Virus record (IMG/VR): IMGVR_UViG_3300032156_000003
Coordinates: 22,330-86,329 of that record
Source: a virus
DNA length: 64,000 bases
Strand: one strand, 5' to 3'
Positions 39,314-48,732 of this stretch are shown piece after piece. A model generated the notes under the pieces. It was not told where the DNA came from. It was given only the letters and a program-made list of their open reading frames with translations, and searched no databases. How positions within the stretch are numbered: position 1 is the stretch's first letter; each line of letters opens with the position of its first letter. A program made the position numbers and the translations under genes.

Positions 39314-39345
39314 CCCGAACTGCGCTTAAAAAAAGAAATACAAAA

Positions 39346-39375
39346 CTTGACACGGGCAAGCGGCCGTGCTACATC
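39346..39375 (+). promoter_or_regulatory. Promoter with CTTGACA-N3-GCAA motif
   Basis: A-rich UP element, TTGACA 39347-39352, GCAA 39356-39359, TGC-TACATC -10. Confidence 0.75.
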
Positions 39376-39419
39376 TATTCTCAGACAGCGGGGAAGCCCG
39401 CACAGCGAGGAGAGAGAAG

Positions 39420-39620
39420 ATGCGAGCGGCGGCGGTAGCGATGGACACGCGGCGTGAAACGGCGTTGAGGGCCGTTCCGAGCGGAGAAGTCGAGCGGTTG
39501 CGGTTGCACGTTGAGCGGCAAGCGGCGGTCATCCGTCGGCAAGAGCAGCGCATCGCGGACCTCATCGATTTGGCCGAGCGGCAGCGTGACGAACTGGACC
39601 GGATGAAGGCGCGCGACTAG
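39420..39620 (+). CDS. Small coiled-coil protein
   Basis: GAGGAG RBS; first gene after the promoter. Confidence 0.55.
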   Translation: MRAAAVAMDTRRETALRAVPSGEVERLRLHVERQAAVIRRQEQRIADLIDLAERQRDELDRMKARD

Positions 39621-39735
39621 CGATGGTTGCGATGTACCTTCTCGCGGCGCTCGCCGTCGCGGTGCTCGTGTTGACCCTCGCGGACCTCGTGAGGAACGTT
39701 CGGAAACCTTCGAGCCTTGGGGATGGGAGGCGGTC

Positions 39736-39972
39736 TTGGCGAAAAGCAAAAGTAGGAATCTGTCGTGTCCGAAGTGTGACGGCCCGCTCGTAGTCGAGCA
39801 CCGGCACGAGATGATCGAAACGGACATGGGGTCATGCCCCACGGTATTCGCCGCGCAGGCCACGTGCCCCGCCTGTGGGCGCAAGGTATCGGCGCACCTA
39901 TTCGGGCTCGGGCCGTCTCCGGTGGCGGCGCAAGCGGCGATGGAGCGACGGGTTGAGGAGGCGAGGGGATGA
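39736..39972 (+). CDS. Small Zn-ribbon protein
   Basis: CPKC...CPAC; GGAGG RBS before TTG. Confidence 0.55.
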   Translation: MAKSKSRNLSCPKCDGPLVVEHRHEMIETDMGSCPTVFAAQATCPACGRKVSAHLFGLGPSPVAAQAAMERRVEEARG

Positions 39973-40295
39973 GCGGCGAGACGTGCACGCGAATCGTTCA
40001 CGCCGGGGTCTCGTGGCGTCGGACTCACGAAGAGTGCTGCAAGCCCGCCAAGGGCATCGGCAAAGACGGCAAGCCTCTGTGCGGCCTTCACCTCGCGGCC
40101 GAGCGCAGGCGGGCGGCGACGGACGCAAAGCACACGGCGAAGTGGGATGCTGACAAAGCGTTCCGCGCCGAGGTCGCCGACTTCGCGAAGGCTCACGCGC
40201 TCGCGTCACTATCGGCAGGGGAAGCCGTACACCGTTCGGTGTCGCTGTCGTTGGACGAACTGGCGAAACTGGTCGAGAGGGCGGAGCGCGCGTAA
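39969..40295 (+). CDS. Hypothetical protein (C..C..CxxH)
   Basis: ATGA-coupled ORF. Confidence 0.55.
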   Translation: MSGETCTRIVHAGVSWRRTHEECCKPAKGIGKDGKPLCGLHLAAERRRAATDAKHTAKWDADKAFRAEVADFAKAHALASLSAGEAVHRSVSLSLDELAKLVERAERA

Positions 40296-40325
40296 CTGAG
40301 GTGGACAAGTCGGAAGGGGATTGCA

Positions 40326-41756
40326 GTGTCGAACTATCTCGAATTTCTGTCGGCGAAAATGCACCGGGGGTGTGACCATGGGTTTGAACCGCTGTCTCTG
40401 AATGACGACCTGTTTGATTTTCAAAAAGCACTGACCGAGTGGGCATTGATAAAGGGGCGCGCTGCGATCTGGGCTGACTGTGGTTTGGGCAAAACGCTCA
40501 TGCAACTCGTCTGGGCAGACAACGTTGCGCGCAAGACGAACAAGAAAGTTTTGATTCTTACTCCGTTGGCCGTCGGTTCTCAGACGGTCAGGGAAGGAGA
40601 GAAGTTCGGCATTGAATGTGTGCAATCGCGAGACGGAAACATAGAGCACGAGAAGCACATCATAGTAACGAATTATGAGAAGTTACATCTTTTCAACTCG
40701 GAAGACTTCACGGCTTGCGTGTGTGATGAAAGTTCTATTTTGAAGCACTTTACGGGGGCAACTCAAAAACAAGTGACGAGGTTTATGAGCAAGTTGCCGT
40801 ACCGTCTTCTGTGCACGGCGACTGCGGCACCGAATGATTACGTTGAACTCGGCACGTCGAGTGAGGCGCTTGGATGGCTGAGTCATTCCGACATGCTAAC
40901 GAGGTTTTTCAAGCAACTTGATGACAAGGGGCAGAAACGCGAGCGACAGAAACTCGGCGAGAATGAAAAACTCGCGAACCACTTTGCGAAGCTGTCGTTC
41001 AGGGTTCATCAGTCGATAGGCCAATGGAGAATCAAGCACCACGCGGAGTCCGAATTCTGGCGATGGGTTTGCTCATGGGCTCGCGCGTGTAGGAAGCCGA
41101 GCGACCTTGGGTTCGACGATATAAACTTCATCTTACCGGAGTTGGTGCAACACAACCACGTCATCAAGCCGAACTCACCACCGGAGGGGATGCTGTTCAC
41201 GATGCCCGCCGTCGGTCTGTCAGAAGAGAGGGCGGAGCGCAGGCGCACGTTGACGCAGAGATGCGAATACGTTGCCGAACTCGTGAACCACGACAGACCC
41301 GCCGTCGTATGGTGTCACATGAACAACGAAGGCGACTTGCTTGAGAAGATGATACCGGGAGCTCGGCAAGTTGCGGGCAAGACACCGGACGAAGAGAAGG
41401 AAGAAATATACAAGGACTTTGCTTCTGGCACTCTAAAGAAGCTGGTCATCAAGCCGAAGATTGGAGCATGGGGACTAAATTGGCCCCACTGTGCGCACGT
41501 CGTCACTTTCGCAAGTCATAGTTATGAACAATTCTACCAATCGGTCAGACGATGTTGGAGGTTCGGACAGAAGAACGAAGTGCGCCTTGACGTCATCGCG
41601 ACAGAGGGCGAGGGCGGTGTGATCTCCAACATGCTGCGCAAGGCAGAGCAGGCGGACGCTATGTTCACCGAACTTGTAAAGTACATGAACGCATCGATGG
41701 AAATCAGGAAAGAAAACCGAAACACAAAGACACCGGAGTTACCAGCATGGGTATAA
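40326..41756 (+). CDS. SNF2-like SF2 helicase
   Basis: 'DFQ', 'ADCGLGKT', 'TNYE', 'DESS', 'TATAAPND', 'GLNW', 'YQ..RRCWRFGQ'. Confidence 0.92.
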   Translation: MSNYLEFLSAKMHRGCDHGFEPLSLNDDLFDFQKALTEWALIKGRAAIWADCGLGKTLMQLVWADNVARKTNKKVLILTPLAVGSQTVREGEKFGIECVQSRDGNIEHEKHIIVTNYEKLHLFNSEDFTACVCDESSILKHFTGATQKQVTRFMSKLPYRLLCTATAAPNDYVELGTSSEALGWLSHSDMLTRFFKQLDDKGQKRERQKLGENEKLANHFAKLSFRVHQSIGQWRIKHHAESEFWRWVCSWARACRKPSDLGFDDINFILPELVQHNHVIKPNSPPEGMLFTMPAVGLSEERAERRRTLTQRCEYVAELVNHDRPAVVWCHMNNEGDLLEKMIPGARQVAGKTPDEEKEEIYKDFASGTLKKLVIKPKIGAWGLNWPHCAHVVTFASHSYEQFYQSVRRCWRFGQKNEVRLDVIATEGEGGVISNMLRKAEQADAMFTELVKYMNASMEIRKENRNTKTPELPAWV

Positions 41757-41813
41757 ACCGTTACAACGGTGAATGCTATTGACAATCTCCACAGAAGAGA
41801 TTAGTATTTTGAT

Positions 41814-42311
41814 ATGAGAAAAATGACAGAAGAGCACAAGAGGAGGATAGGAGAATCACGGAAGCGGGGACAATGGTTTGAATGTATATCATGCGGGAAG
41901 AAATTCTGGAGAAAACCGTATGATATAAAAAACGGAAACAATAAATTCTGTTCTAGGGCATGTTATGGGAAATATCAAAAGGGAAAGCCGAAGGATCTAT
42001 CGAATAGGAAGAAAAAATATGGTTATAAAAATCCCAATTGGAAGGGTGGAATAACCGGTAAAAATAAACTATTGAGAAACAGTAAAGAATTTAAGAAATG
42101 GAAAAAGGAAGTATTGGAGAGAGACAATCATACATGTCGAAAATGTGGGAATACAAATAGATCGAACTCATACGTATTGATACATGCTCATCATGTCAAA
42201 CCCTTCGCGACATTCCCGGAACTTAGATTTGAAATATCGAACGGGCTCACTCTGTGCAAGAAGTGCCACGATAAAGAACCCAAGGGCAAGGAAATTTATA
42301 ACATTCACTGA
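41814..42311 (+). CDS. Free-standing HNH homing-type endonuclease
   Basis: NUMOD3-like 'EEHKRRIGES', 'FCSRAC', 'NPNWKGG', 'HAHH.......NGLTLCKKCH'; AT-rich island with its own TTGACA. Confidence 0.9.
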   Translation: MRKMTEEHKRRIGESRKRGQWFECISCGKKFWRKPYDIKNGNNKFCSRACYGKYQKGKPKDLSNRKKKYGYKNPNWKGGITGKNKLLRNSKEFKKWKKEVLERDNHTCRKCGNTNRSNSYVLIHAHHVKPFATFPELRFEISNGLTLCKKCHDKEPKGKEIYNIH

Positions 42312-42323
42312 CTGGAGAGGAAC

Positions 42324-43328
42324 ATGGGAGTAAAAGACCAGACAATTACGGACGAGTACGCACTGTACAATTCAGATTGCATGGAGGTCATGCGCGGTCT
42401 GAAAGACGGGAGCGTGCATCTGTCCGTCTATTCGCCTCCGTTTTGCACCGGGTCAGGCGGGATGTACGTTTACAGTTCGGACCCGGAAGACATCTCGAAC
42501 TCCATCGACCGAGAAGAATTTTTCAAGCACTATGAATACTGCGTCCGCGAGATACACCGAATCACCATGCCTGGACGCATGACCGCCGTTCATTGCATGG
42601 ACATCACAACGGGCAACTCCGGCTGCGACAACTTGATGGACTTCCCAGGTGACATCATTCGGCTTCACGAGAAGTGCGGATTCAAGTACATCGCTCGCTA
42701 CCACGTGTGGAAAGAACCGCTGACCATTCGCAACCGGACCATGATGAAGTCGCTTTCCCACAAGTGCCTTACTCTCGATTCGACAAAATGCAGCATGGCG
42801 AACGCCGATTACCTGCTCATCTTCCGGCGCTCGGGAGAGAACCCGGTTGCGGTAAACCATCCGCACGGGCTGACAGAATACGCAGGAGAAAGGTTGGTCC
42901 CGTCCGACATTCTCTACTACCGAAATTGGCAGGGAAGCCAACTCGAAAACAGGTACTCTCAGTGGGTATGGAGGCAGTACGCTTCTGCGTTTTGGGATGA
43001 CGTTCGCCTTGACCGCACGTTGCCGTACCGAGAGGCGAAAGAGCAAGATGACGAGAAGCACGTTCACCCGTTGCAACTCGACGTCATCGAACGCGCCGTG
43101 GTGATGTGGAGTAACCCCGGCGAGGTGGTTCTTTCCCCGTTCATGGGCGTTGGGAGTGAATGCTTCGGGGCAATCATCAATGGGCGTAAGGCGGTCGGTA
43201 TTGAATTGAAGGCGTCGTATTTCCGGCAGGCTGTCGCCAATGTTTCCCAGGGTGCAATCTCCGGTCGCGAGTCGGAACAGGTCTTACTTCCCGGCGTCGA
43301 CATGGACAGAAAGGGCGATGACGAATGA
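42324..43328 (+). CDS. DNA methyltransferase (N6_N4_Mtase, beta class)
   Basis: SPPF catalytic motif, 'HVHPLQLD', 'VLSPFMGVGSE', 'GIELK.SYF'. Confidence 0.92.
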   Translation: MGVKDQTITDEYALYNSDCMEVMRGLKDGSVHLSVYSPPFCTGSGGMYVYSSDPEDISNSIDREEFFKHYEYCVREIHRITMPGRMTAVHCMDITTGNSGCDNLMDFPGDIIRLHEKCGFKYIARYHVWKEPLTIRNRTMMKSLSHKCLTLDSTKCSMANADYLLIFRRSGENPVAVNHPHGLTEYAGERLVPSDILYYRNWQGSQLENRYSQWVWRQYASAFWDDVRLDRTLPYREAKEQDDEKHVHPLQLDVIERAVVMWSNPGEVVLSPFMGVGSECFGAIINGRKAVGIELKASYFRQAVANVSQGAISGRESEQVLLPGVDMDRKGDDE

Positions 43329-43729
43329 CAACCCTCTACGAAAAGCGCAACGGTCGATACCTGCCCGTTCGCGACACGGCGGCATGTGACGGGCTCGGGC
43401 TCGGGTCGCACGTCGTGACGGTTCAGAGGACGGAGGATGGTTACACGCTGACATCGTACCGGGGCCAAATCATCCCGGCGTTCGCGTCGGTGCTCGCGGC
43501 AATACCGTTCGCGCGAGAGGCGATGCTGTCGGCGATGAATAAGGCAAACCGCGTAGAGAAACCTTTACTGCGTCAACTGACACCGAAAATGAAGCGAGCC
43601 TATGCCGCGTACCAATCCGTCATGGCCGAAGACGCGGATATACCGATGTCGTTCGAGGGCGTGTCCATGCATGAAGTTATCGACGCGGGCATCAAAGCGC
43701 TGGAAGCGCAGATGGGGGTGGACAGGTGA
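43325..43729 (+). CDS. Hypothetical protein
   Basis: Coupled ORF; 'LYEK..GRY.PV'. Confidence 0.6.
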   Translation: MTTLYEKRNGRYLPVRDTAACDGLGLGSHVVTVQRTEDGYTLTSYRGQIIPAFASVLAAIPFAREAMLSAMNKANRVEKPLLRQLTPKMKRAYAAYQSVMAEDADIPMSFEGVSMHEVIDAGIKALEAQMGVDR

Positions 43730-44031
43730 AAATCGAAATCGAACTGAACGACCAAATCATCCGTGACGTCGTGTCCGAGTCGGCGCGTCTGGCGTTCCAG
43801 AATGACGGCTATCTCAAGGGGTACGGGACGAAGGTTGTCGTTGACGAGGTGGCGCGACAGGTCGCGGCAATCGACTTCCGTCCCATCGTGGCAGCGGAGT
43901 GCAAGCGCGTTGCGGAGTCGCGCGTTGCCGAAGTGACGGCCGAAGCCATCCGCGCGGCGACGAAGAAAACGGTCAAGCAGATGACCGCGAGCGGCGAGCT
44001 GTTCGCGGGAATGGAAGGGGATAAGAAATGA
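43726..44031 (+). CDS. Hypothetical protein
   Basis: Coupled ORF. Confidence 0.55.
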   Translation: MKIEIELNDQIIRDVVSESARLAFQNDGYLKGYGTKVVVDEVARQVAAIDFRPIVAAECKRVAESRVAEVTAEAIRAATKKTVKQMTASGELFAGMEGDKK

Positions 44032-44297
44032 ACCCAGCCTACGCGCTCATGGTCGCGACGTTCATCGTGCTCGGCATCGCCGTGGTGACGTGTCACGACG
44101 GGTGCGAGCCGGAGGATACGAAGTGCGACGGGACGGCGGTAGAAGAGTGTGCGAGCGACGGCGACTGGTACACGGTCGAGAACTGTGCCGAAGTCGGGCC
44201 GGGTGCGTGGGAGTGCTGCGAAACGGCGCTCGTGTGGGAGGGCGCGGAGACGGCCGGGTGCGTGACGGTCGGGGATTGCGACGGAGGTATTGAATGA
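44028..44297 (+). CDS. Cys-rich secreted protein / lipoprotein
   Basis: Hydrophobic signal followed by C; 'C.....KC.G.....C...G.W....C' module as in myxobacterial proteins. Confidence 0.6.
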   Translation: MNPAYALMVATFIVLGIAVVTCHDGCEPEDTKCDGTAVEECASDGDWYTVENCAEVGPGAWECCETALVWEGAETAGCVTVGDCDGGIE

Positions 44298-44875
44298 CCG
44301 CGAAACTCGTTGACCTCGTTGGTAAGGTGAAGACGGGCGCAGCGGCAAAGCGTGTGTGCCTCGCACTGGCGAAGCACTACGGCGCGACCATCAAGTACGG
44401 GCGGGGCGAGCCGCTGATTGGCGTGTTCGGTGCGGCATTGAACGCGCTCGGCATCAAGAACAAAACGCAGTTTGTGAATCACTGCGCAATCACGGTAGGA
44501 GATGCCATCTATCTCCCGTTCAAGCCGGGTGACTCGCAACCGCCATGGAGGCAGGTCGCGACGGTCGCTCACGAGTGCCGCCACGTTCAGCAAGGAGCAG
44601 ACGACCATCTGCTTTTCTGGTTGCGCTACTTCACGAGCAAGGCACACCGGACGGAGTTTGAAACGTCTGCGCTGTCAGTGGATATGGAAGTCATCTACCG
44701 GCTCAAGGGGTACCTCTGCGACCCGTATGCGTTCGCCGAGATACTTGCATGGTACAACGTTCGGTCGAAGGACATCGCCGTGTGCGCGAAGCACCTCGCC
44801 ATCGTGAAGAACACGTTGCAGCGAGGCGGGGAAGTGAGCGAGCAAATCAGGGTTATCGCGAAGGCGTTGGCATGA
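44294..44875 (+). CDS. HExxH zincin-like protein
   Basis: 'AIT.G..IY', 'AHECRHVQQ', 'FE..A'. Confidence 0.65.
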   Translation: MTAKLVDLVGKVKTGAAAKRVCLALAKHYGATIKYGRGEPLIGVFGAALNALGIKNKTQFVNHCAITVGDAIYLPFKPGDSQPPWRQVATVAHECRHVQQGADDHLLFWLRYFTSKAHRTEFETSALSVDMEVIYRLKGYLCDPYAFAEILAWYNVRSKDIAVCAKHLAIVKNTLQRGGEVSEQIRVIAKALA

Positions 44876-45297
44876 GACGTCGCGCCCTCACGTTCGTGCC
44901 ATTGGAGCATGACGAGCAAGTCACGGTTATCAAGTGGTGCCGAGACTACGCCCGATTCCGTTGGCCCGGCCTGTGTTTGCCGAACGGCGACTTCGCGATT
45001 TACGCAACGCCCAACGGTGGTGAGCGGGTCAAGGCGGTCGCGACTCGGCTCAAAGCAGAAGGCGTCAACTCGGGTGTGCCGGACCTGCACGTGCCGGGGC
45101 TCCGGCTGTGGATTGAAATGAAGCGGGTCAAGGGCAGCGTCACGAGCGACGCGCAGAAGGGTTGGCACGAACACCTGTCCAGTATCGGTGACACGGTTGT
45201 GGTAGCCAAGGGCGCGGCGGAAGCGATACGGGAGATAACGAGCGCGGCGACCCTACATGAGCCGTGGCCGAGAACCTACTTCAAGGGCAAACGATGA
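44872..45297 (+). CDS. VRR-NUC nuclease
   Basis: 'EH.EQ', 'PNGG.R', 'EGV.SGVPDL', 'IEMK...G.....Q..W'. Confidence 0.9.
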   Translation: MRRRALTFVPLEHDEQVTVIKWCRDYARFRWPGLCLPNGDFAIYATPNGGERVKAVATRLKAEGVNSGVPDLHVPGLRLWIEMKRVKGSVTSDAQKGWHEHLSSIGDTVVVAKGAAEAIREITSAATLHEPWPRTYFKGKR

Positions 45298-46109
45298 CCG
45301 ACCAACTGCATCTGCCGAGTTGCGGTGTCACGCTCGACGAACTTGAGCGCGCGGCGGTGCTCTGTCTCCAGACGTTCGCGCCGACCGATGCGCCGTACTA
45401 TGGTTGCTTCTCGGGCGGCAAGGACTCGGTTGTAATAAAGCACCTCGCCGCGTTGTCCGGTGTCGCCGTCGATTGGCACTACAACGTCACGACAATCGAC
45501 CCACCAGAGTTGTGCAAATTCATCAAGCGCGAGCACCCGGATGTTGAGTGGGAGCACTCGAAGCACGGGAATTTCTTCAAGCGGATGTTGACGAATGGAT
45601 TCCCAACGCGCCGCGCTCGGTGGTGTTGCGTCGAATATAAAGAGTCACATGTTCCGGTTGGGAGAAGGATTGTTTTGGGAATCCGCGCCGCCGAATCGCC
45701 GCGCCGCCGCAACTCCTGGAAGCAAGTCACGGCGCATAAGCGGACGGGCGAATGGGCTATCAATCCGGTCATCTCTTGGACAGACGATGACGTGTGGGCG
45801 TACATCCGCAGCCGCGCGATCCCCTACTGCTCGCTCTACGACGAAGGGTTCAAGCGCCTCGGGTGCATTGGTTGCCCAATGTCAACGCGGCGTCGAGATG
45901 ATTTCAAGCGGTGGCCTCGATTCGAACGACTGTGGCGAAAAGCGTTCAAGGGGCTATGGGAGAAGCGCATCGGCAAACCGCAGCGCGACGGCCGCGAGTG
46001 GTTCGGCTCCGCGAAGTTCGAGACCTGGGAAGAGATGTTCGAATGGTGGATTTCAAACGATCCGTTGCCGACCGAGGATGATGAGTGTGAAGGGTTGCCA
46101 CTGACATGA
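45294..46109 (+). CDS. PAPS-reductase-family protein (with Cys ligands)
   Basis: PP-loop FSGGKDS, 'RWCC...K', 'GIRAAES.RR', 'RLGCIGCP'. Confidence 0.9.
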   Translation: MTDQLHLPSCGVTLDELERAAVLCLQTFAPTDAPYYGCFSGGKDSVVIKHLAALSGVAVDWHYNVTTIDPPELCKFIKREHPDVEWEHSKHGNFFKRMLTNGFPTRRARWCCVEYKESHVPVGRRIVLGIRAAESPRRRNSWKQVTAHKRTGEWAINPVISWTDDDVWAYIRSRAIPYCSLYDEGFKRLGCIGCPMSTRRRDDFKRWPRFERLWRKAFKGLWEKRIGKPQRDGREWFGSAKFETWEEMFEWWISNDPLPTEDDECEGLPLT

Positions 46110-46639
46110 AAGCATTTACGGTCTACCCCTGGTACGCTTTCGCGTTCACCTCGCTCGGCAAGCAATGTGAAAACCGCACGTGGAAGCCGACCCTTGCGCA
46201 CGGGGAGTGGGTAGCGATTCACGCGGGCGCTCGCAAGCTCGGTGGCGCGCGTCACCCGAAACTCGGGGAGCTGCTAGACCTCGTGAGGGACGCGGAAGCG
46301 GCAGGGTGGGAATCCGAGGTGACGGAGTTCGGCCGGGTGCGCTTCATAGAAACGGACGCACTTGAGCCGACGTGCCTCAAGACCGTGGCCGTCTACGATG
46401 ACCGACACTCGCCCCGCTCCGCCATCGTCGCGGTGGCTCAATTCAACGGGGCAACGCAGGGCATACCGATGCCGTGGGGGCACACAACTGGCTACCAGTG
46501 GCGCTTCACGTCGGTCATGCCATTGGCCCGACCTGTGTCGATACGGGGCGCGCAAGGACTGTGGCGCGTGCCCCCTGTGATGTTGCGAAAGATGGTCGGA
46601 CAGGTGCCGGAGTCGGTACTGGAAGGGGAGAAACTGTGA
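46106..46639 (+). CDS. ASCH-domain protein
   Basis: 'PW.......K..ENR.W', 'AIHAG', 'W......L..P....GAQGLW'. Confidence 0.85.
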   Translation: MKAFTVYPWYAFAFTSLGKQCENRTWKPTLAHGEWVAIHAGARKLGGARHPKLGELLDLVRDAEAAGWESEVTEFGRVRFIETDALEPTCLKTVAVYDDRHSPRSAIVAVAQFNGATQGIPMPWGHTTGYQWRFTSVMPLARPVSIRGAQGLWRVPPVMLRKMVGQVPESVLEGEKL

Positions 46640-46911
46640 AACTCAAAGACGGCGAAACCGTAGTGGTCGCATGGGCGGAGCACGCGAGCGAGCCGGGGTG
46701 GTCCAACCAACTCGTGTGGGTGCTGATTCGGGAGCGCGGAGGGAAGTTGCGCAGATAGGCGTTCCAGCCGAGCGAGCAAAGCGGCGGGATGATTGAGTTG
46801 TTCAACGTGTGCGAGGCGGCGACGCAATCGCTCACGGCCGAAGTGAAGCGGGTACTCGCGTTTGCGGCTGAAGTGAGGCAAGTGATGACGGGAGGAACCG
46901 ATGGACGCTGA
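46636..46911 (+). pseudogene. Small gene with an in-frame TAG at 46756-46758
   Basis: GTG overlaps the previous stop; after TAG the frame stays open for 50 more codons to a TGA overlapping the next gene. Confidence 0.55.
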
Positions 46912-47401
46912 GAAATTCCGCACCTTAATGAACAGACTTGTCGACAGTTTCGAGGACGTCATGGACGATGAAGAGTTGACGCCAGATGAACAGAAGGTGG
47001 CGAAACTGACGCAGGAGCACATGCTCGCGGCCTACTACGAATGGCAGCGGGCTCACACAATCCGAAAACTCACTGAAGAGTGCGACCGTCTTCGCGCCGA
47101 GAACGCCGAACTCCGCACCTCTCTCACAGGCTGGGTTACGTCGCACTCGCCGGGGCCGATGCTGGAAGGAATCACGTTGACAGACGCAATCAGTGCGAGA
47201 TGGGTGAACTCGGACGGGACACCCTACGTTATCGATATGGGCGAGGTGCCCACGCCGTTCACACTTGTCGAGACGACGAACCGAATCTGTCGTGATTGCT
47301 GTCACTCGAAAAGAGCGGCCGTCCCAAAGTGCGACAAGGGTTTTAAGCTAGGAAGTGCGACAACTTGCGAAAGCTACGAGGAAGGCACGCCAACCCCGTG
47401 A
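46901..47401 (+). CDS. Hypothetical protein (coiled coil plus Cys-rich tail)
   Basis: GGAGG RBS. Confidence 0.55.
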   Translation: MDAEKFRTLMNRLVDSFEDVMDDEELTPDEQKVAKLTQEHMLAAYYEWQRAHTIRKLTEECDRLRAENAELRTSLTGWVTSHSPGPMLEGITLTDAISARWVNSDGTPYVIDMGEVPTPFTLVETTNRICRDCCHSKRAAVPKCDKGFKLGSATTCESYEEGTPTP

Positions 47402-47637
47402 AGCGCACATCCCAAGTCATCGTCCGCCTGTCGCTCGCCGAGAAGACGACGCTACAGGACAAGGCCCGCGCGGCCGGGATGACGGTATCGGACTACTCCC
47501 GGACGGCGCTCCTTTGTGACGAGGCGGGTCTAGTCGACGAACTGGGCCGGGTTCGGGCGTTGGCCGATTCGGCACTAGAGCGGGCGAAGGAAGCCGACAG
47601 ACGGGCGCTGAGGGCGCTTACGATGGGGAGAGAATGA
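47398..47637 (+). CDS. Ribbon-helix-helix (MobC/NikA-like) regulator
   Basis: 'KRT..I.VRLS..EK..L..KA..AGMTVSDY.R..L'; coupled to csf1. Confidence 0.8.
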   Translation: MKRTSQVIVRLSLAEKTTLQDKARAAGMTVSDYSRTALLCDEAGLVDELGRVRALADSALERAKEADRRALRALTMGRE

Positions 47638-48380
47638 TAAGCGCTTGCCAAGCGATTTGGAAATCCGCTGATCAACCGGCAGGGCAGCGCGGCAACCTCG
47701 CGGAAGACATTCTCGGAATGTGTGCACTATGTGGACATGATGACGAGAGGACTGTCCCGTTGACAGTTGCGTGTCCACCCGCGAGTTTTGGCGGATGGCA
47801 GCAAATGCGGTGGCCCTCGTCCGACAGAGTTTGTCGAGCTTGCACGTGGGCGATGGAAGGGAAGCCACCGAATACGCTCCGGATGTGGTCCACTCTGTAT
47901 CGAGAGGATGGGGTGAGAACATCGAACGGTCCGGAACTTGGCCCCCGCGTGGGCACGCTCAATAGGGCAGATTTGTCTCCAGTTCTAGAGACGCTGTGCT
48001 TTCCTCCGTCGTGTCGGTGGGCAGTTGGTATCGCCGAGAGTGGCAAGGTGCACATCGTTCCGTACATCCCGATGAACAGCGGCAGCGGAGTGTGGTCGAT
48101 TCGAGTGGACCGCGTGAACGTACATGCGAGCGCCTTTGAGTTTCGGCGAGTGGTCCACAACTTCGCGGTACTGGCTGAGGCTGGATACTCGGCAAGAGCT
48201 ATCATCAACCGCAACCCCTCGACGCGAGACCTTGTGAAAAATGGGATTGAAGTTTGGCGTGAAAACATCTCGGCACTTGGGCCTACGGCGGGGCAGATTG
48301 AGCGACTTGTCGCCATGATGGTCAGAAAGGAAAACGCGAGTGAGTGGAGAGAACGAAGCGAAGCAAGGACCGGAACTTGA
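47634..48380 (+). CDS. csf1: Type IV CRISPR-Cas large subunit Csf1 (Cas8-like)
   Basis: CALCG...VCRAC Zn finger, 'L..PP...W...IAESGK.H'; first gene of the csf operon. Confidence 0.8.
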   Translation: MISACQAIWKSADQPAGQRGNLAEDILGMCALCGHDDERTVPLTVACPPASFGGWQQMRWPSSDRVCRACTWAMEGKPPNTLRMWSTLYREDGVRTSNGPELGPRVGTLNRADLSPVLETLCFPPSCRWAVGIAESGKVHIVPYIPMNSGSGVWSIRVDRVNVHASAFEFRRVVHNFAVLAEAGYSARAIINRNPSTRDLVKNGIEVWRENISALGPTAGQIERLVAMMVRKENASEWRERSEARTGT

Positions 48381-48732
48381 CCTTGTTCTAACTGATATGG
48401 CGGTGGCATGGGTGCGCGCTGCGATGCGATCAGTCGACTCGACAGTGGTGAAGCCGAAGGACTGGTGGGAACGTGCGAGAACGTCGCTCATCACGGCGGC
48501 GGCCGTTGCCGACACGTGGCCGCAGATGGTAGCTCGGCACCTCGGAAAGTTACAGGTTCGAGCAACGACGACAACAACGGCAGAATCGGTAGAGGTCATC
48601 GGCGCGCAACTCACGGAACTCGGTGAGAACGCGTGGCCACGGTTCCGCGCTCTGTGTGAGCGTGACGCGCTGTACATCGTGGCGATGGCACAAGCGGAGA
48701 GCGCGAAGAAGAAGGAGAAGGCACGTGACTGA
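48340..48732 (+). CDS. cas11: Type IV-B small subunit (Cas11-like)
   Basis: ~130 aa all-helical, 'WWER.......AA....W......KLQ'; between csf1 and csf2. Confidence 0.7.
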   Translation: MSGENEAKQGPELDLVLTDMAVAWVRAAMRSVDSTVVKPKDWWERARTSLITAAAVADTWPQMVARHLGKLQVRATTTTTAESVEVIGAQLTELGENAWPRFRALCERDALYIVAMAQAESAKKKEKARD

